Source: Anthoceros angustus (Eukaryota; Plantae; Anthocerotophyta). Taken from it: a stretch of DNA of 64,000 nucleotides. The notes under the pieces are model-generated. The model worked only from the letters and a program-made list of their open reading frames with translations, was not told the origin of the DNA and made no database searches. The position numbers and the translations under genes are program-made. The DNA lies in assembly GCA_010909165.1 (NCBI GenBank), contig MU008158.1:2691478-2755477 (forward strand). The letters are read 5' to 3'. Shown piece after piece: positions 50,711 through 64,000 of the stretch (within the stretch, counting starts at the first letter, position 1; each line of letters opens with the position of its first letter).

Positions 50711-51015
50711 AGTCCTTTTCCATGTTCCCCATATCTGACTACATTTCAGTGCTTGACCACATTTTAGCATAGGTAGCTACAAGATTCCGTATTTTTATCA
50801 ACTCGTTCGTCTATTATAACGTAAAGAAGGTTTTTGAGTTTTTTACGCGTTAACTCAGCACACTTCCATATCGTTGTTCGAAATTTTCGTTTATCTAAAT
50901 TATATTTAGAGTCTCACTTATATAAATGTATGTCAAATTGATGTACGCAAGTACAAACATATGTAATTCTTTGCACGTTCTGCAAATTTTATGTACCCCA
51001 TAATAGTGCATTTCA

Positions 51016-51119
51016 GCATAGTGTGTTTGGAGATAAAAATAGGTCATTCTTTTAATGGTGGCAGGCATAGTGTGTTTGGAGATAAAAATAGGTCATTCTT
51101 TTAATGGTGGCAGGCATAG
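51016..51119. repeat. 49-bp tandem duplication
   Basis: gcatagtgtgtttggagataaaaataggtcattcttttaatggtggcag occurs twice. Confidence 0.95.
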
Positions 51120-51249
51120 TTGACAGGTAGCTTGCTTCTTCCTTTCAAATACACCGAACTGTGTGATTGAACGAGGTCATTTAGAATATGGGAAGAGAGT
51201 TCTTTGTAAAACTAGAGGTATTGAACTTCGTGAATTTGAGTAGGAGTTT

Positions 51250-52070
51250 ATGGATATTTTGACAACAAGTTTGCAATCTAAGCTTGTGCATAAACCATAT
51301 ATCTCCATGGAAAGGAGAAATCGCCTCCAACTTATGATTATATTACTTATTCATTTATTTCAACAATTTTCAGGAATAAATACGATTATGTTTTATGCCC
51401 CTGTGTTATTCCAAGACAATTGGTTTTGGTAGCAAGACAGCTCTTTATTCCTCACTGATTTCAACAGCTATTAACTTCCTAACAACTCGTAAAGTAGAGT
51501 AGACGTTATTAATAGGCGAGATGGGAAATCTCATCTACCCTTGAAGTCCGAGGAGGAACAATCCAAAAAGGGCTAATAGTAAAAGGGGAAGTCATAGTCC
51601 CCTCGAATGCCTTTCCCTCCTCGAAACTCATGGGGCTATGGGCAAGGACTTTTTTAGGTTAAGGAAACTCAAGAGATAGTGAAAAGAGTCCATAGTAAAG
51701 TTAGGCAGTCAACTCTAGTTTCTATAACAATAATGGGCAAAATTGAGCGTATAGTTATCATTATTATCAGCACATATGTAGCATCTTTTGCTTGGTCATG
51801 GGGACCACTGGGGTGGTTTGTTTGTAGTGAGAATTTTCCCATGGGAACCGTTCAGGGGGTCAACCTATCAATCTTTCCATAAACATGCTCTTGAGGTTCA
51901 TAATCGCCCAAACCTTCTTGAGCATGCTTTATCATTTTCAGGTTTTTATATTCTTTTTCTTGCAAGTTGGGTATTTGTTATAACTATCTTTATATATTTC
52001 TTCTTGCCGTAAATTAGGGGTGTTCATATGGATGACATGGACCACATTTGGAGGACACATTGGTTTTGAA
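51250..52070 (+). pseudogene. Sugar transport protein (STP/MFS hexose transporter) pseudogene
   Basis: FQQFSGINTIMFYAPVLFQ, YVASFAWSWGPLGW and FIYFFLP*..G...DDM...W..HW. It has stops, frameshifts and a foreign segment at about 51500-51700. Confidence 0.85.
51519..51665 (+). mobile_element. RLE non-LTR element fragment inside the STP pseudogene
   Basis: LETHGAMGKDFF (51620-51655) matches IETHGAMDKEF at 32221-32254. The hairpin agatgggaaatctcatct matches 59041-59058. Confidence 0.55.
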
Positions 52071-52419
52071 AGAAAATATTCCAATGGAAGAAAGCAATAT
52101 GCAAAAATCTAAAGCTCCCACTATTGTCCTAAAGTAGCGTCCCACATTGAACATGCTTCGTAGTGGATCTAGTAGTGTAGAAGTCTTTAGTATGGTAGAA
52201 GACTAGTGCTTGAACCTCCTATCTAAAACTAAAATAGTTTTAGAATTTTTTATATCTAGAAGGATACTTGTAATTCAAATTTTGAATTTCATATGGATTA
52301 TTCCATGATTTAAAGCCTTAGTTTTACGCAAATCCACCATAAGCGTGTTAGGATTAGAAAGTAACCAATCAAAATTTGAACAGTTCGTGTGCTCCATATT
52401 CTAAATACGCTTAATCTTA

Positions 52420-52775
52420 CTTTCTAAGCGCCTGCTTTCTAAACACGTGCTTTCTTAGCGCCTGCTTTCTAAGCAGGCTTTCACTTCAGGCCTATTGCCT
52501 AATCGCATTCGAAACACGTGCTTTCTAAGCAAGCTTTCACTTCAGACCTATTGCCTAATCACATTCGAAACACGTGCTTTCTAAGTAGCCTTTCGCTTAG
52601 CCCTATTGCCTGATTACATTCAAGTGTCTGCTCTCTAAGTAACTTCCACTTTAGGCATATGATAGAAAGCAGGCTTTTGCTACAGTGCTATTGCCTTATT
52701 ACACTTAAGCGCTTGCTTTCTATTCATGGTTTCACTTCAAGGCGCTTGCTTTCTATTCATGGTTTCACTTCAAGT
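52420..52775. repeat. Degenerate 56-bp tandem repeat followed by a 33-bp duplication
   Basis: cacgtgctttctaag...ttcacttcag.cctattgcctaatc.cattcgaaa with starts at 52515 and 52571. gcgcttgctttctattcatggtttcacttcaag occurs twice. Confidence 0.8.
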
Positions 52776-53574
52776 GTATTACAAAAAACAAACTTTCGCT
52801 TCCAGCGTATAGAAAAAGAAGAACAAGTCTATCATAGTCCACACGGACGGATTTCACAAACAGAGTGTGTATCATCGATGCAACTCATAGACGCGCTGGG
52901 CCACGCGATCACACCCATTGCAGTCCCAAATTACACCTTCACGGTACCAATGAAGGGGAGCGGCATAGAAAACATATACCATACCCCGAGGGGTGGTTCA
53001 ATAGGGTAATGCCGAAATAATTAACTTTTGAAAAAATAAGGTTCAACATAAATATTTATTTTTTCAAAATTTTAATATTTATGAAAAATAATTTTATCTA
53101 ATTTCAATATTTATTAAAATACATAGGTATCTATATCAAACTAATAGATATGTATAGACCTCCCCTAAACAACCCCTAATTTTTCACACAAGCCCTAGTT
53201 TCAGCCTCAGTTGCCTCCTGCAACTCAAACTGCAAGCAGCCTCGCCCTCGCCCTTGTAGTGTAGCGCGCCGTGGATGGGCTGTCCAACATACAGCCTTGT
53301 CCTCGCCCTTGTAGTGTAGCATGCCCTGGATGGGCTCGTAGCTGTCCAACAGGTGCCTACTGCGAGTAAGGCCTGATCGAGATCGGGATCTGTGCATTCT
53401 CGGGCTATCCCTATCTCGATCAGGCCTACTCGGTCTCCCAAACTCCGCCAGCCTACTACTTACCTTTTCTTTGTTTTCGGCATCTTAAACTTGTAAATTT
53501 TTAAACATTCGGCCTAGTAAGTATAATAATTTCTAGATTTTCAAATTTTACTAATTTTAATTTTTCTAGATTTT

Positions 53575-53650
53575 TAATTTTTATTAATTTTTATTAATTT
53601 TTATTAATTTTTATTAATTTTTATTAATTTTTATTAATTTTTATTAATTA
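53575..53650. repeat. (TTTTTATTAA)n AT-rich minisatellite
   Basis: About seven perfect 10-bp units. Confidence 0.95.
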
Positions 53651-54248
53651 ACGTCGAATCACCCCTCGAAGTATAATAGTGGAACGTAATTGGCGAAATG
53701 GAGTTGCTATGGCCGAAAGCTGGAGTCCTGTAACAACCCATGGGCACAGTGGTACGTCGTTATTAAGCATCTTGGGCTTAGATCGCTACTTAGATGGGGT
53801 GCCTAAAGGGAATGGATGCCCTTGGTGCGAGTAGCTTAGGCACATCATGGTACAAATTGTGAAATACCAAGTCCCATCCCGGAAATCCGTCCTTAGTGGC
53901 CTTAAATAAAATTTTTCTTCTTCTGTGGCAGTGCCCTTACTTTCTTCGGGTTTCCATGTGTAGGCAGTTATTCATACTACATGTCATCTTTGACATGCTC
54001 TGCAAGTGGCCATGTTCAATGCCAGCACATCATCAATCACAGGCTCCGCACACTTACTCAAGTTCCATACTAATGAGGCTATAGCCCAACGCCACAGCCC
54101 GGCGTGAACAAATGGCCCAGCCAGGAGAGCTTCCAATTTGGCAGCACGGCCATACGAAGAACGCTTCACTGTACATTTTCATTGCCGCGATTGTCCTCAA
54201 AAGATTGGAGTTAGTACCCCACCCCACTACAAGTTCTCCAGAGAGAGC

Positions 54249-57106
54249 CTACTTATTTAAGGACCAGTCGTAGGGCAGATAAGCCAATTTGATATCTTGA
54301 GAATCCAAGAGCGCCAAGAGCTGCTTTTCCTCCTCGGGATTTAAGTACTGGGCAATCCACTTGAGCACTGAGATTTCGTTCTTGGCAAAATCAGTGTCAT
54401 ACCTGCATAGCCACATGCAGCATTTCAGGGTCGACACTCAAGAGCATCAGGACCAGCAACCTATGGAGTGATGAACAGACCATTTGAAAATTTTGCTGAT
54501 TGACACAGACTTTGCTCCCGGATCAATTCTGACACTTCCTGCCAGAAACTCGTTTGCTGCGGTCTTCAGCTCTTCAAGAACTCCGTCGAAGGAGTAACAT
54601 CTTAAAGCAGGACTTGATCGCGTTCCCTTCACAAGAGCCATATGGATCAAGGGTTCTGCTTCTGATAGAGCCACCTGCAAGATCCAGTCGGTACATCAAC
54701 ATGCACTTATTACGAGGATAAACCTGTTGAGGGAATGGTAGCACATAATAGTTCACCTGGAGCCGAGGATCCTTTGTGCTGAAAGGCTTTCTCAGACTGT
54801 ATGGAGCCCTCCTATTTGCTCTGAGCAATCCGTTCTCTATGGCAGACAACGAGTATGTTTGTCCACCAATCACGTATTGCACATCCAGGAAAAAACTTCT
54901 TCTGTCGAGAAGGAGTCCACCAGGGCTCCGTCTAAGTTCTGCAATTGCATGGATAACCAAAGCGTTGTAGATGTTCAAGAAAAAGGCCAATTTTTCCTGG
55001 CTGCTAAAGGTAACCAAGTCGACCCTTTGAAGCTCTTCTGTTTTCTTGACAAAGCTGTGACACAGGCATGTCGTGAACAACTGGTCAAAGCGACCAGCCA
55101 CAAAAGGCGGCCAAGTAGGATGCTAGCAATCAAGTCTGACGAGCTGCATAGTATACATTGATCCCAAAACAGAATATTCAGGACACCCAAACCCTGGAAA
55201 AAGTATAAGGGATAATTCACTCACCATTTGAACTCATCGCCCTTCGCAATGCCCTCATAATCCACATTCTTGCCATCCTCAGACACATATGCATCGTAAA
55301 TAGCAAGAATGAGCCTTCGGAGATCATCTCCAACATCTCTAGCAGGCCTGGGCTCCAAGTCATTTGTAGCTCCACTGAAATTCAGGCACTTGCCCAACAC
55401 ATTTGGGTTGTGTTCCAGAAACCGATAGAAATGATTTCCATCCTCAAAAACATGTTCCCTGAATCACGGATATGGAAGAGAACGGGCTATTGAGTCAACA
55501 GCATACCAGAAGAACAAGCAAGGGTATGAAAAAGTGAAATGAGTTCACGCTAGCGCTTACTCTAGTACGTGAGTGAAGAAATGCTTGCTGGCAATGCTCC
55601 TGACCAACTCCACAGCCTGCGAACACCACCCTCGTCACGAAACCAAAACCGAATGACCAGTTTCACACTACTAGCTGCCAAGGCGGAAGCTGCCACATAA
55701 GTACATGCAACAACCTGGGACCTTCGAATGACAGGGTCCACTCACCATACAAAAGTGAATAATGGCTGGGGCCCCAACAAACAGAGGCTGAGGGGAAGTT
55801 GCATACGACTTAACGGGCAGCTTACCATTTCCCTGGTGATATGTTGGTCTTCCATAACGATGTCAACAGCATCGGATCCAACAAAGCATTTATTGATGAC
55901 TCGATACTTCAGAAAGCGGTCCTTCACCACCAGCTTTGCTCTCAGTTTCTTCACAAGTTCAATGTACTCATCCAGTTTTCCACTTACAGCGTGCTCACTA
56001 TAGACGGGGGGAAGAGGAGTCGCCAGGTTAGCCTCGACCTCGAAAACCTGTTCAATTTTCTCTTCCAGCTGTCCACCTGCTTCTAGTGCCAGCAGTTCGC
56101 TTACACCCCCAATCACAACGTCATTGAAGAAGACTTGAGGCACGTCAAGGGTCCCAGCTTTTTCTTCGAGCTCAGACTTCCGTTGCGGGAAAACATCCAG
56201 ATTGATCTCCACAAACTTGATTCCCCACTTCGACAGTATACTCTTCGCTGTACGACACTCCCGAGACCCTGACACAGAGAAAACGGTGACTCTTCCCTTC
56301 ATTTCCCGGCCAGAGTCCTGAGCCTCATCCTCAGCCTCAGTGTCCTCCTCGTTCTCAGACTTGGCAGACTCGGACCTGCTGACCTGTTCAGGTATCCCAA
56401 CTTCCTTGTCAGTCTGATCTGAGCGATCTAAATCCTCCTTCTTCCCCGAAAGTCTTCTGATCACCTTGCTGACCACAGTCCTGCTGCCATCAACAACATT
56501 CGTGACGACATTCATGCTACCATCCACGACGTTCGTGACCACGTTCTTACCCCCGTCAACGACATTCTTGCCGCCATCCCTGACGAAGTTTTTGAAAGCC
56601 GCAGCCTTCTCTGGCCACTCTTCTCCAAATGCTCCAGGCTTCTTGTCCGCAATTTCTGCCGGAGGGGAGCTCCCTTCTTCGATCTCAGCATCCTGAGCCG
56701 TTTTCTGTGGAGCCTCTGCCTGCTTTTTGGATGTGAAAGTCCTCTCGATAAAATTCAGTGCCGTCTGCCCTTTGATAGCGAGATAGGACCTCTTCGGTTC
56801 CTTCGACGCTATCGACGAGGGATCGCTCTCCTCTGAGGACGGCACCTGAGCTTCACCTGGTTGCAGATCGGGATGCGAGCCTTCGGTGCTCGCAGCGCCG
56901 CCATCCTCTGCACTCACAGGCGATGCCTCACCCCCCACCATCACCGTACTGTCAGGTAAGCCGACGTCCACCTGGTCGGCCAATCCACCGTCCTGAGAAG
57001 ACGAATCTTTGGAAAGCTGATCATCTGAAGGCACGGATTCCACCAGATTCCACTCTCCCGATGGCTCACTCGCTACAGGCTCCTTCAAATCTCTGTCGTT
57101 GTCCAT
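54249..57106 (-). CDS. Glutaredoxin + DEP + DUF547 domain protein, multi-exon
   Basis: An acidic disordered N-terminus is followed by a Grx-like VTVFS...EINLDVFPQRKSEL...VPQVFFND..IGG, a DEP-like VKDRFLKYR...CFVGSDAVD, and DUF547 EKLAFFLNIYNALVIHA...SLSAIENGLLRAN...EPLIHMALV.G.RSSPALRCYS. This architecture is known in land plants. Confidence 0.9.
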
Positions 57107-58029
57107 CTGTTCCAAAATGCAAGGACAGCCACGACACCTGCAGAAACCCGATGCAGAATCAGGAAAGCACAATCACAGGCAACCGCGCAGCCAGGGCAAC
57201 AATTAAAATTTGGAAGGAGGAGGGGAACAAAGCCACAGAGAAACGGGCGGTCAAACACGCAGAGTCATCTGCACTTATCAGCGTCTGCTGATGCATTGCA
57301 AAGATCAACACGTCGCTAAACAGGATTGAAGACAAATAAGACGAAGCTGAATAGATCTGCCAAACTCGAGCCAGATCCGACCAGCGGAAGCTGAAAGCAC
57401 TTGGTGATCGACAGGCACCGAAAGGCGGCGCGGCAGCGAAAGAGCAGGAGCATGATGCGGACTCACCTGAGCGTAGAGGAGACGAAGGAAGCGTGCTGGT
57501 TGCGTGCCCTGGGAACGCCAGTAACGATGAGTGAGAAAATGGAGGAGCAGCTGGGGGATAGCCAGCAGGCGGGAAGCGGAGCAACGCGACGCAGCTTGAA
57601 CTTGAGCTGCTTTACTCACAGAGTCACTCGACATAAATGCCGCGGACGCCGGACTGCTGACTCCATATGTATGTACAATATGCGGCCGGTGCTCACTGTA
57701 TCCGGATACGATTCATTTCCGACTGGCCGCCTCATCGGTACCACCGTACAGTATGTAGTTGTGTACAGGCACCATGTTTGTAGACGTGTTGACGACGACG
57801 GCTCCACGCAACTTACCCGAGACTTCATCGCGCAGCTGCCCAAACTTGGTAAACTATCCACTAGCTGCGTTTTCGTCTGCCGCCAGGGATGCACAATTGC
57901 ACATTGCACATTGCACATGCCATTCAATCTACACTACCTACATTTATTACAAAATTTTCATTATATTTCTTTAAAATCTGATTGTAGTCTTCAATTTAAA
58001 AATTATCTGGGGATTTAATACTTGTTTTT

Positions 58030-58700
58030 CTAGGATAATTTGACTCGCACAACTTAGGACTTCTTCGCTTTGACAATTCGAGCTCACTACGGCCGATTTT
58101 TAGCTAATGGTCCACCACGTTGCAAATTGAACCGCAGCCAACTAAAGTACGGACACAATCCAAGTTCACCTTAAGTACAATTGAGTTCACACTAGAGGAC
58201 TTCACCCCCTACAAACTTTCTCTTGGGGTCTAGATCACGTAGTTCACTATATAAGGACCCTCACTTTGGCACCGCCTCCAAGGCTCGACTCACACGTTGT
58301 GAACGGCTCAACATGTTCTTGAGGGCATGCTTTTGATCTCGCGAGATGCCTAATGTCTCCTCCTCATTGGAAGAACCCATGTCACTCCAGCACCAGAGCA
58401 CCTTGGCACCCACTCTAGGAACCTCACAAGCCTAGCACCTGCACGTTTACTTTTCATACGAACTACGGGGAGTTCACTTCAAACCGACCCTAGTTTAGTT
58501 CTATGCGTCTGTCCGAGAGGCTATAATTCGCTAGCCGATTCAATTGGATATAGTTCGCTAGCCAGTTTAGTTGGATTTTCGAACTAAGCACGGGAATGTT
58601 CAACCAAAAAAGCGAGTGTGTGTGTTTGGACTCATGTTCTCAACTAACTGTGTTCGATTACTGTTTTTTACTTTCAACCTAATTAAAATGCTACAATAGC
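58030..58700. mobile_element. Possible solo LTR or transposon remnant
   Basis: Non-coding, with a recurrent agttcac motif and a TATATAA box at about 58249. Termini and TSD were not identified. Confidence 0.3.
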
Positions 58701-59034
58701 AAAAAATCACGGTAGGAACTCCTTAGTCCATGATTGCTCATCGCCCATATCGGCGCACTATATTTCAGTCTTATGATGGTCATCCAAACATTTTAATCAC
58801 AATATATATACTTCTCATATTTCCATCCCATGACAATCATCCACCCTTATTGGACTATAAATTTTCCGACTTCTTGCTCATATGTTTCGAAGAATATACT
58901 TTTTGTTGACCAATAAAAGTGGAAGAGGATCATGGCTTCTTTACCTAGGGCCTTGGCAGTGCACTACCTTGATGTTTTGTAGTTTTTTGTTTTGGTATTT
59001 TGTAGATAAGAAGGAAAACGGGGACTTTGTAGAT

Positions 59035-59395
59035 ATGCAGAGATGGGAAGTCCCATCTACATCGAGGGAGTGGGGAAGAAACCACTACAGGGCCCAGGCC
59101 AAGGGGGACTAGCCTCCATAATTGTTTACCCTAAAATTACCAACTACCCCCAAAATGTCGAAATCTGGGACAAGCAAGGGCCTACTTTACCACCCAAGCT
59201 AAAGGTGTTGCGTCTCTCACATTTCAAGTTGTCCTAAAACTTGCATTTGCCACCGCCCTCTGCAAGACGATGAAAAAAAGCTGCCAAAGCCATCACTTAG
59301 GAAAGGGGGAGACCCCATTCTTACGGGTGTGGTAGGCCTTAGCACAGCCCTTGATAAACTTGGAAAAATCTTTGTCCATGATCCCAAGGCAAGAT
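59035..59395 (-). mobile_element. 3' end of an RLE-type non-LTR retrotransposon
   Basis: The minus strand reads MDKDFSKFIKGCAKAYHTRKNG...FFIVLQRAVANA, followed by an untranslated tail of about 150 nt ending in the hairpin agatgggaagtcccatct (59041-59058). Confidence 0.6.
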
Positions 59396-60424
59396 AGTAA
59401 AATAAAATGCACCATACCTTTTTTTTAATGAAGAATTGTACATTATAATGGTATATAAGAAATAGCTTCAACTTGAAGGGGGAGTATTAGATAGAGTTTC
59501 AAACCTCTGCTGCTTATCTTAGTATATAAGATTTTGCATATATCGAGAGTAGGTCAATATTCACCATATATACCTAGAGTGGTATAGGTGTACTTATTAA
59601 TAGTGTCTTAACTCACCCTGTGGAATCTAGTGTGCCCTAATTCAAGGACGACATCCAGAAAGCTATAACTATTTTCCTAATTTCTATCTTGATATCTTTT
59701 TTTATGTTTATTTCTACAAAATTTAGACATGGGCCATGATTTTGAATACGATAAAAGTAATGAATATGGTTTAAAAAATTTCAGGTCCAGCTTTAAATTG
59801 GGATAAGTTGTTTATATCCTGAATAGATATCGTAGATTATGTGTCCATTCGATAGAATGGACACATAATAAAATAATTTTAAAATAATATAGATATTATT
59901 TTCATATGTATAAAATTTTAAAAAAATTAAAATGATTTAAATTTATGAAATATTTTATTAAAAATAATAAATTTTAAAAATAGATGTACTTTGCGTGTGC
60001 GCCTATCCCCAAAACCAATACCTAATCCATTCGGCAGCTTGTGCCTAATGGGTGGCCATATCAACTACGGTAGTTACGAGTACCTCCTCGGTCAGGCCTA
60101 TAATGTTTGACCGCCGTCTTGCTTTTGATGTAGGTGTTTTTGATCCCGTAGTATGGAATACCTACCTACTAACCTAGGGATTTTCACGGTGCAGGGATTC
60201 GAGGATATTTATAGAGGGCTCTTATAAGCAGTTATAGGTAAACCGGATACCGACGCAACCGGGGAATAGGCAAGGAAGGGTTTTCGGAGGTTTGGGAGCC
60301 CGCGGCGCTCCGTTCCGTCGCCGTGTTGGTGTGAAGTATGAAACGCAACGTAGTCTTCTCTACCGGCACTCTGGCCTAATGTTGGGCAGCACAGTGCAGT
60401 AACCAGGGGCGCAAGTCGGCACCG

Positions 60425-63400
60425 ATGGATATCCAGACATTGGCAACTGTTCTGCAGCGTGCGCTTAGCACGAATCCTGAGGAGCGCAAGGCTGGCGAAG
60501 AGCAACTGAATCAGGTTGGTAGATCGCCTGTCAAGCCACTCTTTCCCGTGCTGCTCCCTGGGAATATGCCCGTCCTGCTGATCTCCCGACCTCCTGAATC
60601 TTGCCTCGAAGCTTGTAGCGTCTTTTCCAGATTAAGCTCGCCCATGCTCGAAACATTGTGCTGATAAGCTGGCAGGCGACTCGCGCTCTGACTGAGGCGC
60701 AGCACTAGAGCGTGGCACTGGGCCTGGAGTGTTTTTACGGTGCTTGACTCATTTTCGATGTTTTTGCGGTGTCCTGGCTGAGGCTTGTTCACATTCTGGC
60801 AGGTCCGGAACGGGATCTTTGTCGTTTCAATCCTTTCAGTGTGACTGTTGCGTTGGTGCTATGCGCGTACCTGGATCCTTACCTCTTTGTGTCTGGAATT
60901 GGTATTTTGCATGGCCTGTTATCGGTGTGAGATGTTTGTAGCTAAGTTTAACGACTTAGCCTTAACTCCAGCTGCCGCCATCACGGTAGTTCGAACGTAG
61001 CAACAGCAAGTTTATTACTTTTAGTTGTTGCTCATGTGTTGTGTCATTAGGTGAAGAACAACTCCGGGACAGAATGCATGGACAGCACTTTCCCCTACTA
61101 CCCTCCTAACCTTCGTTGCATAACAAGTTGTATTAGCTGATATGTTGGTGTATGTTCTAACGGCCACTTCGCTTCCTCAGTTTCAACATGCACCTGGACA
61201 TTTAGTTGGGCTACTGCAAATAATCGTGACGATAAATGTGGATCCTTCCATCCGACAAATTGCAAGCATTTACTTCAAGAATGTCATTGCAAGAGATTGG
61301 ACTCCATGTGATCCAGGTGAGAGCCTGACTCTCCTGCGGCCTGCGTCCTGAATTGAAGGAGGTGTTGACCATATGGGATTGGTCACGGAAATGGCAGGAA
61401 ATTCTCAGAAGATCTCAGAAAGTGATAAATTGACTGTGAGACAGCATATTTTGGAGGCCATAATCCATGCTCCTGCTCTAATAAGGTAATTTCTTTGTTT
61501 TGTTGTATAAGCATGCTGGGAAATTTGCTTTTTTTCTTACGGAACCTGTATACAGAACAGTCTCTTTGGGAAGTATGAAAAGTATCTTGGAGTATGTTGG
61601 TCTGACGTCGAAATCGCCAGCCAAGAGCGTCGTTTCACCCATTATGGTGGCATGTGCAGGGCACAACTTGGTGAATGCTTGAAAACGGTTATACATGCGG
61701 ACTATCCAGAACAGTGGCCTCTTCTTCTCTCCGCAATAGATCAAAATCTGAAGTCAAATGAACCGCAGCGGGTGTATGGTGCACTGTTTGCTTTGAGAAT
61801 ATTAACTAGGAAATATGAGTAAGTCTTATAGCTGGCTAAGAGTTGCAATGACAATGCTATTGATATTCACATGGTTTCACTATGTGGCCGGGCAACTGTC
61901 CTGGTGTGCAAAGGGCTCAGAAAGACCTACCTGCCTTACATTGCATGTCTGAGTTGGATCCGCATGTGCAGGTTCAAGGACGAGGTGGAGAGGACTCCTG
62001 TTCAGTTGATTATTGATGTGACCTTTCCGGTGCTGCTTAGTATCCTCCGCCACCTGGTGGATTTGCAGGACCCACCTTTAGAGATTGCGGATCTGATCAA
62101 GCTGATTTGCAAAATATTCTGGTCCTCATCTTATGTAAGGGGGGGATTGTAAAGAGTCTTTTGGAACTTCAGATTGTGCCTTGTGGATGCTTGGAAGATG
62201 TTTGAGCGTCTGTGGCTGAATTGCTTTGCACTCTGCAGTCTTCACTGTTGTTGACGATTAATTCCCTTTCCCCTGGTGTAGCCTTTGTTAATTTTTTCAT
62301 GTTTTGATTTGTTCTGTCGTGAAGCTTGAAATCCCCAAGCTCCTGCATGATCGCCATACATTTGCCTCCTGGATGAGTTGTTATCATGATCTTCTGCAAA
62401 GGCCGGTGCCTGCTAAAGATCAGCCAATGGATCCTGAGCTACGAAAGGTGTGGGGCTGGTGGAAAGTCAAGAAATGGACGCTTCACATCATGAACCGCCT
62501 ATACAGCAGGTGGGTTTGCTCATGTTCTATATTCATGTCTTAACGCTTTCATGACTTGGCATCCAAGTCAGATCAGTGGATGGAGGTCAAATTTCTCCTT
62601 TTGGTGGTTTTCCAGGTTTGGTGATCCCAAGATGTCAAAACCGGAGTCCAAAGCATTCGCCCAAATGTTTCAAGATCAGTTTGCTGGGATGTTTCTAGAG
62701 TCATACATGAATCTTCTAGGCGTCCTCCGTCATGGTGGTTACTTGCCGGATCGAGTCATCAATCTTGGGATTCAATATCTGATAACGAGGTACCTGTTGT
62801 ACTTCCTCACAATGCATTTGCATTCAGACAGACTGTTGCATGCGCTCCATTAGCATTTTGATGAGAACCTAGTTCATCAGTATGACAAGCATGCATTATG
62901 GCATGGTTTGTGTTGTTTGCTTGCAAATGGACCTGTATTAAGAGGTACATCAGAAGGACTCCAATGATGTTGTCAAACCTTATTTCCTTGTCGGGTAATG
63001 ATTGTGTTGCAGTGTTCTGCAGTCAGTGACATACCGGATATTGAAGCCACAACTCAATGTCCTGCTCTTTGAAATTATTTTTCCTCTGATGTGCTTCAAT
63101 GATGCGGACGAACAGCTGTGGCACAATGATCCTCATGAGTATGTGCGAAAGGGCTATGGTGAGTCAATTTGTTTATTGTGGATCCACTTTAGTGATCTGT
63201 TTGATTACTGCTTTGCAAACTGTCAACTTCCAAACGTTATTGAAAATATAGGCCGTAATATACTGAACAGATGTTCTTATTGAACTTCAGATATAATTGA
63301 GGATATGTACAGCCCCCGGACTGCAGCCATGAATTTTATATCAGAACTTGTCAGGAAGAGGAAGGAGAACCTAGAAATGTTTTTGTCTTTCATAGTAGAA

Positions 63401-64000
63401 GTCTTCAGAAGGTGACAGACTTGATCTATTTTTGTGCATTCTGTGAGAGTAGCTCAATGCAAAGCGATTTGCGTTTCAGTTGTTTATGTAGTGTTTCTCT
63501 GGAAACTTCTATTTGGTATTCGCTTGAAGCTTTAATCTGCTTTTAGGTACGACGAGGCTCCTGTTGGTCAGAAACCATACCGGCAGAAAGATGGTGCCCT
63601 GTTGGCAGTTGGAGCATTGAGTGAAAGATTGAAGAAGACTCAACCCTACAAATCTCAGCTAGAGCACATGCTGGTGCAACATGTTTTTCCGGAATTTGGG
63701 AGCCCTGCTGGACATCTTAGAGCAAAAGTACGAAGGGTGCATTGTGTTCTCTATTTCCTGTGTGCGGATCCTTGGATCATTACCATGTGGGCTTGTTGAC
63801 ATATTTTTGATGCAGGCAGCATGGGTCTCTGGTCAATATGCAGACATCCATTTTTCTGAACAGCACAGCTTTACCTCTGCCATGCATAGTGTCGTATCAG
63901 CTCTCACAGATCCTGAGCTTCCAGTACGTGTTGACTCTGTTGTGGCACTCCGGTCATTTGTGGACGCCTGTAAAGGTAGTGTTGACACCTGATTCTTAGG
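60425..64000 (+). CDS. SAD2: Importin beta-like SAD2 (importin 7/8 family), 5' part; continues beyond the window
   Basis: [120 protein letters not shown] and [13 protein letters not shown], separated by short GT-AG introns. Confidence 0.95.

Noticed and set aside
52420-52775. CRISPR-like array
   Set aside because: The units are degenerate head-to-tail tandem repeats without unique spacers, there are no cas genes, and the context is eukaryotic.

Overview
This is eukaryotic nuclear DNA from a seed-free land plant with flagellated sperm. The evidence is spliceosomal GT-AG introns of about 50-200 nt, IFT88, PLS-type PPR fragments, PLD-alpha and SAD2. A compact Selaginella-like lycophyte genome is my best inference, not a determination. 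The window has two parts. (1) About 1-24.5 kb is a repeat-rich accessory block. It holds a frameshifted DDE transposase of the DUF7869/Sola-like type (IDGMDQ, LDNxxRENKN and GHTHxxID motifs; minus strand, about 4.95-6.56 kb). It also holds two tandem, diverged paralogues that each combine a ParB/Srx-like domain (GGNH...HN...FxE) with a bacterial-type beta-class N4/N6 DNA amino-methyltransferase domain (DxPRG, KTN, PYQ[KR]P, VLDxCxxSG; plus strand, about 10.1-12.8 and 13.5-16.4 kb). Several kb-scale tandem duplications and copia fragments are also present. (2) About 25-64 kb is the host gene region. It contains PLD-alpha, a dual-specificity phosphatase, IFT88 head-to-head with a histone-H1-derived Arg/His-rich protamine-like gene, an AT-rich intronless orphan ORF, RPL8, a CYP71-clan pseudogene carrying a captured copia fragment, an STP pseudogene, a glutaredoxin-DEP-DUF547 gene and the 5' part of importin SAD2. 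The best candidate novel system is a large DNA transposon carrying a pair of ParB-like amino-methyltransferases. The second is a divergently transcribed sperm gene pair, IFT88 and the protamine-like gene. All domain calls come from motif recognition and manual translation, with no database search. The dense 1-nt indels in the repeat block may partly be long-read consensus errors.
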